DNA of 19,307 bases from a bacterium (GCA_021786105.1 JAJYNW010000012.1:1-19307), one strand, 5' to 3'; shown: positions 1-8,424, counted from the first letter of the stretch. Translations and numbers: made by a program. Notes: generated from the letters alone by a model not told the origin.

Positions 1-9
1 TTTTAGAAT

Positions 10-60
10 ATTAATGGACAGTTCACCTTCTCTCAACAGGAGGTCCTGTCCATTAATTTT
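10..60 (+). terminator. Long hairpin, possible terminator of an upstream unit
   Basis: Perfect 12-bp inverted repeat ATTAATGGACAG (10-21) / CTGTCCATTAAT (46-57), inner stem ACCTTCT (25-31) / AGGAGGT (38-44), then a short T run. Upstream context is outside the window. Confidence 0.5.
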
Positions 61-135
61 GCCCATAAGCTACCCCTTAAATGCAAATTAGTTAATTTCC
101 TGGAATAAGTGCAGGTGGGTCAGAAATTTGATCCC

Positions 136-164
136 TTGACGAGGCGGAAAATTTATGGTATTTT
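136..164 (+). promoter_or_regulatory. sigma70-type promoter for rpoB
   Basis: TTGACG (136-141), 17-nt spacer, TATTTT (159-164), with extended -10 TG at 156-157. Confidence 0.65.
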
Positions 165-188
165 ATGGTCAATTGAATAGAAAAAATG

Positions 189-220
189 AAGGCGTACGGG
201 TACGTATGCTTTTCTTTGTT
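189..220 (+). terminator. Terminator-like hairpin inside the rpoB 5' leader (possible attenuator)
   Basis: AAGGCGTACG (189-198), loop GGTA, CGTATGCTTT (203-212): 10 bp including 2 G-U pairs, followed by T-rich TCTTTGTT. Confidence 0.5.
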
Positions 221-277
221 GATCCCGCTTGGTAGGTAAATCTGTCCATTACCACTTTGCGAAAAAGGCCTCTACTC

Positions 278-3200
278 ATGTCATTAAACATAGCAAATAT
301 ACAAACAAACGAACGTAAATATTGGAGCAAAGCACCCTCAATTGTTCCTGAACTTAATTTAATCCAAATTCAATTAGACTCATATCATTGGTTTTTAAAT
401 GAAGGCATTAGGGAGGTTCTTGAAGAAATCTCCCCTGTTGAAGACTTCACAGGTAAAAATTGGACTCTAGAACTAGGGTCCTTTTATTTCGGTAAACCAA
501 AGTACACTTCTGAACAGGCCAAGGAAAAAGGCGTCACCTATGACGCCCCTTTAAAAATTGAGGCAATTTTAGTCAATAAACAAACCGGGCAAAGATACAA
601 GCAGGATGTATTTTTGGGTGATATCCCACAAATGACTGATAAAGGAACTTTTATCGTTAATGGAGTGGAAAGGGTTATTATTAACCAACTGGTCCGTTCT
701 CCGGGAGTATTTTTCCAGGCAGCTGATGATCCGATTACCGGGAGAAGATTATATTCGGCAGAAATCCGTCCTTACCGGGGTTCGTGGTTGGAGTTCTCTA
801 TCACCAGAGGCGGCGTGTTGACTGCCAAGATTGACAGGAGAAGAAAATTTGCCGCCACTACTTTACTTCGGGCTTTAGGTTTTTCCGAAAACGAATCAAT
901 TGCCGAACTTTTTAAAGATGTTGATACTGCTGAAGAAAAATTTATTGATACCACTCTTGCGAAAGATCCGACTAAAACCACTGATGAAGCACTCCTCGAA
1001 ATATTTAGAAAAATGCGACCGGGTGACCCGGTTGTTTTGGATAATGCCAAGGCACTCCTCGACGGAATGTTTTTCAATTCCCGCCGCTATAATTTAATTA
1101 AAGTTGGCAGATATAAGATTAATAAAAGACTAGGCTTGGATTTGCCGAATGCCCCGGAAAATTGGATTCTGACCAAAGACGACATTATTGCCACATTAAA
1201 GTACCTAATTAAACTAAATAACGGTGAGGGTAAATTAGATGATATCGATCATTTGGCTAACAGGCGGGTTAGGTGTGCGGGAGAGCTAGTGCAGCAAAAT
1301 GCCTTTAGGATCGGAGTTTTAAGACTGGAAAGAATTATTAAAGAAAGAATGAGTTTGACCGCGGCTGATGCTGAAGTTTCCCCGGGCGGACTTATTAATG
1401 CCAAGCCGGTGATTGCGGCCATCAATGAATTTTTCCGCTCTTCTCAATTGTCTTCTATCCTGGATCAGGTTAACCCGTTGTCTGAGTTGGATCATTTAAG
1501 ACGTCTTTCAGTTATGGGAGCCGGTGGTATTACCAGAGATAGGGCCAGTTTCTCCGTCCGCGACATTAACCACTCTCAATATGGTCGGATTGACCCGATC
1601 AGATCTCCGGAAGGTCAAAATATTGGTCTGGTGACCTATTTAGCTTTATATGCCCGTATTAATGAATACGGATTTTTGGAAACTCCTTACCGGAAAGTAG
1701 TCATGCAGCGTGGTAAGCCGCAGGTGACTGATGATGTCATATATATAACTGCTGATGACGAAGAAGATTTTCATATTACCGAGGCTACGGTAAAGTTGGA
1801 TGACAAAGGTTACATTATTGATGACCGGGTGCCGACCCGTTTCCAGGGTAGTTTCTTTGAAGGTCCGGCCAAAGATATCTCCTTAATTGATATTTCCCCG
1901 CAGCAAATTTTCGGCACTTCTGCTGCATTGATTCCTTTCCTGGCCAATGATGACGCTAACCGGGCTTTGATGGGTACCCAGATGCAGTGTCAGGCAGTGC
2001 CGCTTTTGCGACCTACTGCCCCAATTGTGGGTACCGGTATGGAAAGAACAGTGGCTGACAATATGGGCCGGGTAGTCAGGGCACCGGCTGACGGAACTAT
2101 TAAATATGCTGATGCTAAAAAATTGATCTTGCAAACTAAGAATGAAGAACTCCGCTATGACATCAAAAAGTTTGTTCACTCACCGCAAGGCACTTGTTAT
2201 TCACAAAGGCCGGTAGTGAATACGGGAGATAAAGTTAAAAAGGGTGACTTGTTGGTCGATGGTGCCGCTTGTGAAAACGGGGAGTTAGCGCTCGGTCAAA
2301 ACTTAAGAATTGCTTATATGAGTTTTGATGGTTTGGGGTACGAAGATGCGATTGTGATTTCTGACCGGTTAGTCAAAGAAGATGCGCTAACCTCTATTCA
2401 TATTGAAGAATATGAAGTGGATGTGGTGGAAACCAAACTGGGGCCGGAAGAGTTAACCTCTGATATCCCCAATGTTTCTGAGGAAGCTTTAGTCAATTTG
2501 GATGAAAATGGTATTGTTAGGATTGGGGCAGAGGTTGGGCCAAATGACATTTTGGTCGGTAAAGTTCAGCCTAAAGGCGAAACCGAGTTGACTGCGGAAG
2601 AAAGATTACTGCGGGCCATCTTTGGTGAGAAAGCCAAAGAAGTCAGGGATACCTCTTTGCGGATTCCGCACGGAGAAAGAGGTACAGTAATTGGAGTGCA
2701 AATTTTGTCACGAGACGCCGGAGATGAGTTGGATACCGGTACTTTGATGAGAATTAAAGTTAAAGTGGCCCAAATGAGAAAAGTGACTGAGGGAGATAAG
2801 TTAGCTGGTCGCCATGGTAACAAAGGAGTTATTTCCCGAATTGTACCGGCTGCCGACATGCCGTATATGGCAGACGGGACACCGGTGGATATTATTATTT
2901 CTCCCCTATCAGTTTTATCAAGGATGAATCTGGGACAATTGTTGGAAACGCACTGGGGTTTTGCCGGTAAGAAACTAGGTTATAAAGTGGCGGCACCGGT
3001 GTTTGAAAAAATTCCGGAAGACAAATTAATGGCAGAACTGCAAAGAGCCGGGTTTCCCACTGATGGTAAAGTACAATTATTTGACGGTAGGACCGGCCAG
3101 CCATTTGAAAATACCATTGTGGTCGGTATCAATTACATCCTCAAGCTGATCCACATGGTTGAGGAAAAGATTCATGCCCGTTCTACCGGTCCGTACTCTT

Positions 3201-3640
3201 TGGTTACTCAACAGCCTTTGGGCGGAAAAGCTCAAATGGGAGGACAAAGATTGGGAGAGATGGAAGTTTGGGCTTTGGAAGCATATGGAGCAGCCCATAT
3301 TTTACAGGAAATGTTAACTATTAAGTCCGATGATGTGGTGGGCCGGGCTAAGGCTTTTGAAGCTATAGTTAAAGGAATTGATATTCCTCAGGCTTTAATT
3401 CCGGAATCATTTAAAGTTTTGGTGAAAGAATTGCAAGCATTGGGCTTAAATGTTGAAACGCTTGGTGCTAAAATAGTCGAAGCTCAAGAGATTGAGGAAA
3501 AGCCGGAAGTGGCAGCCGAGGTGGCCCAACTGGAAGAAGAATTAGAAGTAAAATCGGCTGCGGTGGAAGAAGAATTGGAAGATAGCTCGTTTGAAGTGGT
3601 TGATGCAAGCGAGTTAGAGAAAAAGGAGGAGGGTGAATAG
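278..3640 (+). CDS. rpoB: DNA-directed RNA polymerase subunit beta
   Basis: Conserved motifs QLVRSPG, GDKLAGRHGNKGV, HARSTGPYSLVTQQPLGG and GGQRLGEMEVWALEAYGA. ATG at 278 is preferred over the in-frame TTG at 257. Acidic C-terminal tail. Confidence 0.99.
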   Translation: MSLNIANIQTNERKYWSKAPSIVPELNLIQIQLDSYHWFLNEGIREVLEEISPVEDFTGKNWTLELGSFYFGKPKYTSEQAKEKGVTYDAPLKIEAILVNKQTGQRYKQDVFLGDIPQMTDKGTFIVNGVERVIINQLVRSPGVFFQAADDPITGRRLYSAEIRPYRGSWLEFSITRGGVLTAKIDRRRKFAATTLLRALGFSENESIAELFKDVDTAEEKFIDTTLAKDPTKTTDEALLEIFRKMRPGDPVVLDNAKALLDGMFFNSRRYNLIKVGRYKINKRLGLDLPNAPENWILTKDDIIATLKYLIKLNNGEGKLDDIDHLANRRVRCAGELVQQNAFRIGVLRLERIIKERMSLTAADAEVSPGGLINAKPVIAAINEFFRSSQLSSILDQVNPLSELDHLRRLSVMGAGGITRDRASFSVRDINHSQYGRIDPIRSPEGQNIGLVTYLALYARINEYGFLETPYRKVVMQRGKPQVTDDVIYITADDEEDFHITEATVKLDDKGYIIDDRVPTRFQGSFFEGPAKDISLIDISPQQIFGTSAALIPFLANDDANRALMGTQMQCQAVPLLRPTAPIVGTGMERTVADNMGRVVRAPADGTIKYADAKKLILQTKNEELRYDIKKFVHSPQGTCYSQRPVVNTGDKVKKGDLLVDGAACENGELALGQNLRIAYMSFDGLGYEDAIVISDRLVKEDALTSIHIEEYEVDVVETKLGPEELTSDIPNVSEEALVNLDENGIVRIGAEVGPNDILVGKVQPKGETELTAEERLLRAIFGEKAKEVRDTSLRIPHGERGTVIGVQILSRDAGDELDTGTLMRIKVKVAQMRKVTEGDKLAGRHGNKGVISRIVPAADMPYMADGTPVDIIISPLSVLSRMNLGQLLETHWGFAGKKLGYKVAAPVFEKIPEDKLMAELQRAGFPTDGKVQLFDGRTGQPFENTIVVGINYILKLIHMVEEKIHARSTGPYSLVTQQPLGGKAQMGGQRLGEMEVWALEAYGAAHILQEMLTIKSDDVVGRAKAFEAIVKGIDIPQALIPESFKVLVKELQALGLNVETLGAKIVEAQEIEEKPEVAAEVAQLEEELEVKSAAVEEELEDSSFEVVDASELEKKEEGE

Positions 3641-3708
3641 TTAATAGATAAAAGTTAATAGATAATAGAAAGAAAAAAAACTATTACCTATTAGCAATTA
3701 ACTATTAA
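3638..3708. repeat. Heptamer tandem-repeat inverted hairpin filling the rpoB-rpoC spacer
   Basis: Left arm has TAATAG-N units with TAG/AAG at 3638, 3645, 3652, 3659, 3666. Right arm has CTATTA-N units with CTA/CAA at 3681, 3688, 3695, 3702. 28-bp stem 3641-3668/3681-3708 with 4 mismatches and a 12-nt A-rich loop. Confidence 0.9.
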
Positions 3709-3711
3709 GAA

Positions 3712-6700
3712 ATGAATATGAACGATTTACTAGATTTTGAAAGCTTAAGATTAACAGTAGCCAGCCCGGAGCAAATAAGAAGCTGGTCTTTTGGTGAGGT
3801 TAGCAAACCGGAAACTATTAATTACCGGACTCTTAAGGCGGAAAAAGACGGTTTATTCTCCGAAAACATCTTTGGTCCGACTAAAGATTATGAATGTTAC
3901 TGTGGTAAGTACAAAAGAATTAGATTCAGAGGGGTTATTTGTGATAAGTGTGGAGTTGAAGTCACTCAGTCTAAGGTCAGGCGCGAAAGAATGGGCCATA
4001 TTAATTTGGCTTCACCGGTAGCCCACTCTTGGTTTGTTAAAGGCGCACCTTCCAAATTATCTTTGATCTTGGATATTTCACCAAAGAACTTGGAAGCGGT
4101 GATTTACTTTGCTTCATATTTGGCGACCAATGTTGATTCGGCCGGCAAAACCGCGGCTTTGGAAAGATTAGAGAAAGATCTGCAGGAAAAAATTGCTGCT
4201 TCCAAAGAAAACACGGAGAAAAATATTGCAGCTTTGGAAGATAGTCTTAAGAAAGAGCTGTCAGAATTAAAGAAAAAATTCGAAAAGGAAAAATTTGAGC
4301 TGGAAGCACAGGAGCTGGAACTGAAAAACAGGGCAGAAATTCAGAAATTAAGAGATGGCTTGGTTACTGAAATCGGCACTCTGGAGGGGATTTTTAAGGC
4401 TGTCTCAGATTTGGTTAAAAGTGTTACACAATTAAAGTTATTGTCAGAAGAAGAGTACTTTAAGCTTTCCGAATACGGAGTGTCGGATTTTGTGGAAGTC
4501 GGCATGGGTGCTGAAGCATTTTTGGATGTATTACAAAAGCTGGATTTGGATAAGTTATCCGCCCATTTGCGGGAAGAAGTCAGAAAGTCCAGCGGACAAA
4601 AACATATTAAAGCTACCAAAAGACTTCGAGTCATTGAAGGTATGCGTTCATCGGGCATCTCTCCTTCCTGGTTAGTTTTACGGGTATTGCCGGTTTTACC
4701 TCCTGACCTTCGACCAATGGTTCAGCTACCGGGAGGCAGGTTTGCCACTTCTGATTTAAATGATCTTTACCGGAGAGTTATTAACAGAAATAACCGTTTG
4801 AACAGGTTGATTAATTTAGGTGCACCAGAAATCATTTTGAGAAATGAAAAAAGAATGCTGCAAGAAGCAGTAGATAGCTTGATTGATGCTACTTCCAGAA
4901 CTTCCAGACGGGGCGGACCGGTCAGCACTCATGTATTGCGGTCCCTTTCCGACATGCTGCGGGGTAAACAAGGAAGATTTAGGCAGAATTTGTTAGGTAA
5001 AAGGGTTGATTATTCCGGAAGGTCAGTGATTGTGGTCGGGCCAAGGCTTAAGTTAAACCAGGTCGGTTTGCCAAAGGAAATGGCTTTGGAAATGTTTAAA
5101 CCCTTTGTCTTGCGTGAGATGATTGCCAGAGGCTTGGCCTCCAATGTCAAGGGAGCCAAAAATGTGTTGGAGTTGAGGCCTTCGGAGGTATGGGATATTT
5201 TGGAAGAGATTATTACCGGACACCCGATTCTTATAAACCGGGCTCCGACTTTGCACCGTCTAGGTATTCAGGCTTTTCATCCGGTTTTGGTTGACGGTAA
5301 TGCCATTGCTATTCATCCTTGTATCTGCGCTGGTTTTAATGCTGACTTTGACGGCGACCAAATGGCTATCCATGTACCATTGTCTACCGATGCTCAGGAA
5401 GAAGCAAACAACTTGATGATGGCCAAAGAAAATATCTTTGGTCCAGCCAATGCTCAACCAATCACTGTGCCAAACCGGGAAATGGCTTTAGGTTGTTATT
5501 ATGTGACTGTAATTGAAGAGCCGGAAAAAGATGTACCTTTACAGTTTTTTACCTCTTCCACGGACGCTATCCGGGCTTATACTTTGGGATTTGTCGGTAT
5601 CCGGCAAAAGATTCAGGTCAGAATTGACAAAGAAGTGCTCGAGACATCAGTGGGAAGAATCTTGTTCAACCAGGTATTGCCGGCCCAAATGAGATTTATG
5701 AATTCAGTGATTAAAGGTCTAACTATCCGTGATATCATCCTGCGGGCGATGGAAGCTTTGACTAAAGAAGAGGTAGTTCAGTTAATTGATAGTATTAAAG
5801 CTATGGGTTTCTGGGGTGCTACCATTGCCGGTATTTCGATTTCAGTTTTTGATGCCAAGATTGTGCCTGATAAAGAAAAATACCTGGAAAGAGCCGGCAA
5901 AGAGATTGATGAAATTGAGAAAAATACGGCCAAAGGTTTGATTACTCCTCAGGAAAAATCTCAACTTTCCCAAATGGTTTGGATTAGAACTACCGAAGAG
6001 CTGGCTAATGCCACTTGGGATTATTTAGGCCCTAAGAACCCGATCAGAATGATGGTAGAAGCAGGTGCTCGGGGTTCCCGAGATCAGGCTAAACAGTTGT
6101 CTGCCATGCGGGGTTTGTCTACTGACCCAACCGGTAAGATTGTGGAATTGCCGACTAAGTCAAATTACCGACAAGGCTTGTCAGTCTTTGAATACTTTAC
6201 TTCTGCCAGAGGTGCGAGAAAAGGTGTGGCAGATAAAGCTTTGAAGACAGCCGATGCCGGGTATCTGACTCGAAGACTGGTTGATGTGGCTCATGATGTT
6301 ATTATCAGAATGGAAGACTGCGGAACTGAAGAGGCGCTTAATTATGATATTTCCAAGAGCAGCTTTAATACTGCCAGAGAAAAATTACTCGGCAGAGTAG
6401 CTGCAGACAATGTGTTAGAGCCTAAAAGCAGGAAAGTATTGGTTAAGAAGGGGACAGTGCTAATAGAGGATACAATCGCCCAGCTTTTAAAAGTCGGAGT
6501 GGTGAAGGTATCGGCCCGTTCTCCTTTAACCTGTGAAGCCCGTTATGGTATTTGCAGTACTTGTTACGGCTTTGATTTGACAACCAGAAAAATGGTGGCC
6601 ATCGGTACGCCGGTAGGAGTGGTAGCTGCGCAAGCTATTGGTGAGCCCGGAACGCAGTTGACCATGCGTACTTTCCATACTGGAGGAATTGTCGGGTTGG

Positions 6701-7407
6701 ATATTACTCAAGGTTTGCCCCGTGTTGAAGAATTGTTTGAAGCCAGAACTCCTAAAGTGGTGGCGCCGATGTCAGAGATTGCCGGAAAAGTTTCCATAGT
6801 TGAAACTGACATGGGAGTCCGGGTGAGGGTGAGAACTACCTCAAAACCGCACGAAGAAAGAGAATATATCATTCCGGCTACCTCAACCTTATTGGTAGAA
6901 GAAGGTCAGTTGATCGATGCCGGGACAATTTTGGCCTCCGGACATGTGGATACTAAAGAAACCTTGAGAATTCAGGGTCTAAGGGCCGCCCAACGTTATG
7001 TTGTTGATGAAGTCAGGAGTGTTTATGAATCTCAAGGTGTGCCGATTAACGAAAAGCATTTTGAGGTGATTGTCAGAAAGATGTCTGATAAAGTCAGGGT
7101 TGAGACTCAAGGCGATACGAATCTCTTGCCTGGTGAGATTATTGATAAACTGAGGTTTGAAGAAGAAAACAAGCGGGTGTTGGCAGGCGGTGGCGAACCG
7201 GCTACGGCAGAAGTAGTGATTTTGGGTATTACCCGAGCCAGCTTGCAAACAGAAAGCTTCCTGTCAGCAGCTTCATTCCAGGAAACTACGTCCATTTTGT
7301 CAGATGCAGCTATCTCCGGCAAGGTCGACAAGCTGATAGGACTGAAAGAAAATGTTATAATTGGCAGGCTTATCCCGACAGGGGAAAGAGCTAAGATAGA
7401 AACGTAA
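3712..7407 (+). CDS. rpoC: DNA-directed RNA polymerase subunit beta'
   Basis: N-terminal Zn finger CYCGKYK...CDKC, catalytic NADFDGD, bridge helix GARKG...GYLTRRLVDV, trigger loop TQLTMRTFHTGG without an SI3 insert. Confidence 0.99.
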   Translation: MNMNDLLDFESLRLTVASPEQIRSWSFGEVSKPETINYRTLKAEKDGLFSENIFGPTKDYECYCGKYKRIRFRGVICDKCGVEVTQSKVRRERMGHINLASPVAHSWFVKGAPSKLSLILDISPKNLEAVIYFASYLATNVDSAGKTAALERLEKDLQEKIAASKENTEKNIAALEDSLKKELSELKKKFEKEKFELEAQELELKNRAEIQKLRDGLVTEIGTLEGIFKAVSDLVKSVTQLKLLSEEEYFKLSEYGVSDFVEVGMGAEAFLDVLQKLDLDKLSAHLREEVRKSSGQKHIKATKRLRVIEGMRSSGISPSWLVLRVLPVLPPDLRPMVQLPGGRFATSDLNDLYRRVINRNNRLNRLINLGAPEIILRNEKRMLQEAVDSLIDATSRTSRRGGPVSTHVLRSLSDMLRGKQGRFRQNLLGKRVDYSGRSVIVVGPRLKLNQVGLPKEMALEMFKPFVLREMIARGLASNVKGAKNVLELRPSEVWDILEEIITGHPILINRAPTLHRLGIQAFHPVLVDGNAIAIHPCICAGFNADFDGDQMAIHVPLSTDAQEEANNLMMAKENIFGPANAQPITVPNREMALGCYYVTVIEEPEKDVPLQFFTSSTDAIRAYTLGFVGIRQKIQVRIDKEVLETSVGRILFNQVLPAQMRFMNSVIKGLTIRDIILRAMEALTKEEVVQLIDSIKAMGFWGATIAGISISVFDAKIVPDKEKYLERAGKEIDEIEKNTAKGLITPQEKSQLSQMVWIRTTEELANATWDYLGPKNPIRMMVEAGARGSRDQAKQLSAMRGLSTDPTGKIVELPTKSNYRQGLSVFEYFTSARGARKGVADKALKTADAGYLTRRLVDVAHDVIIRMEDCGTEEALNYDISKSSFNTAREKLLGRVAADNVLEPKSRKVLVKKGTVLIEDTIAQLLKVGVVKVSARSPLTCEARYGICSTCYGFDLTTRKMVAIGTPVGVVAAQAIGEPGTQLTMRTFHTGGIVGLDITQGLPRVEELFEARTPKVVAPMSEIAGKVSIVETDMGVRVRVRTTSKPHEEREYIIPATSTLLVEEGQLIDAGTILASGHVDTKETLRIQGLRAAQRYVVDEVRSVYESQGVPINEKHFEVIVRKMSDKVRVETQGDTNLLPGEIIDKLRFEEENKRVLAGGGEPATAEVVILGITRASLQTESFLSAASFQETTSILSDAAISGKVDKLIGLKENVIIGRLIPTGERAKIET

Positions 7408-7409
7408 AG

Positions 7410-7487
7410 GAGAGTCTAGAATCTAGTGACTAGAGTCTAGGAAAAACAAAATTCCACTTGACTCTAGACTCTAGCGACTAGCCGCTA
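7410..7487. repeat. Heptamer tandem-repeat inverted hairpin filling the rpoC-rpsL spacer
   Basis: Left arm has TAGAGTC-like units (TAG at 7417, 7424, 7431, 7438). Right arm has GACTCTA-like units (CTA at 7464, 7471, 7478, 7485). Perfect 11-bp pair CTAGAGTCTAG (7430-7440) / CTAGACTCTAG (7464-7474). A-rich loop; 7 CTAG tetramers. Confidence 0.9.
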
Positions 7488-7492
7488 TTTAT

Positions 7493-7948
7493 ATGCCGAC
7501 AATAAACCAATTAGTGAGAAAAGGCAGAAAAAATATTGCCAAAAAGATTAAAGCTACAGCCTTAAGACGAGGTTTTAATGCCAAAGATCGAAAATACACT
7601 CAGGATTTTAATCCGCAAAAGCGGGGAGTAGTAACTTTGGTCAAAACCATGACGCCAAAAAAACCTAATTCAGCTTTGCGGAAAGTAGCCAGGGTTAGAT
7701 TGTCTAACAGAACTGAAGTAACAGCTTACATTCAGGGTGAAGGACACTCTTTGGCCGAGCACGGTATTGTTTTAGTCAGAGGTGGTCGGGTGAAGGATTT
7801 GCCAGGAGTTAAATACCATTTAGTCAGAGGTAAATATGACTTGGCAGGTGTAGTTAACAGAAAACAAGGCAGATCCAGGTATGGTACTAAAAAAGGCGGA
7901 GGCGGTCCGGTTCCCAAAGCGGCCGCACCAGCCGGAGGAGGAGCATAA
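7493..7948 (+). CDS. rpsL: 30S ribosomal protein S12 (uS12)
   Basis: [25 protein letters not shown] and [10 protein letters not shown] motifs. Gly/Ala/Pro C-terminal extension. Confidence 0.99.
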   Translation: MPTINQLVRKGRKNIAKKIKATALRRGFNAKDRKYTQDFNPQKRGVVTLVKTMTPKKPNSALRKVARVRLSNRTEVTAYIQGEGHSLAEHGIVLVRGGRVKDLPGVKYHLVRGKYDLAGVVNRKQGRSRYGTKKGGGGPVPKAAAPAGGGA

Positions 7949-8424
7949 TGAGAAGTAAAAAAGCAGAAAAAAGAGTAGCTCCTTTGGATCCGGTTTACGG
8001 TTCAAGGTTAATTTCCCGGTTTATTAACAAGGTGATGAAAGACGGTAAAAGATCAATTGCTGAGAAATTGGTTTATCAAGCTTTGGAAGAGATCAAAGAA
8101 AAATCCAAACAAGAGCCTTTGTCGGTTTTTGAAAAAGCTCTTAATAATGTGGCCCCGAAGATGGAAGTCAGGCCCCGCCGGGTCGGAGGAGCTTCTTATC
8201 AGGTACCGGTTGAGGTGCGGGGTGATCGGAAAGAAGCCTTGGCTATAAGGTGGATTTTAGCCGGGGCCAGATCCAGATCCAATAAAGAATATCATTCCTT
8301 TGATAAAAAACTGGCGGCAGAACTGCTGGATGCTTCTAATAACACCGGTTTGGCTATTAAGAAAAAGGACGATACTCAAAAAGCCGCAAATGCCAACCGG
8401 GCATTTTCTCATTTTCGCTGGTAA
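7948..8424 (+). CDS. rpsG: 30S ribosomal protein S7 (uS7)
   Basis: RRVGGASYQVPVEV and ANRAFSHFRW motifs. TAATG stop/start overlap with rpsL and GGAGGAGG just upstream. Confidence 0.99.
   Translation: MRSKKAEKRVAPLDPVYGSRLISRFINKVMKDGKRSIAEKLVYQALEEIKEKSKQEPLSVFEKALNNVAPKMEVRPRRVGGASYQVPVEVRGDRKEALAIRWILAGARSRSNKEYHSFDKKLAAELLDASNNTGLAIKKKDDTQKAANANRAFSHFRW

Noticed and set aside
257-277. TTG start for rpoB
   Set aside because: Adds 7 residues with no support; the in-frame ATG at 278 is more plausible.
772-7331. Short alternative-frame and antisense ORFs within rpoB and rpoC
   Set aside because: Shadows of long conserved genes, with no motifs or expression signals.
3638-7487. Heptad arrays as CRISPR arrays or ordinary intrinsic terminators
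   Set aside because: Units are 7 nt with no spacers and no cas genes; stems are long, imperfect and lack a U-tract.
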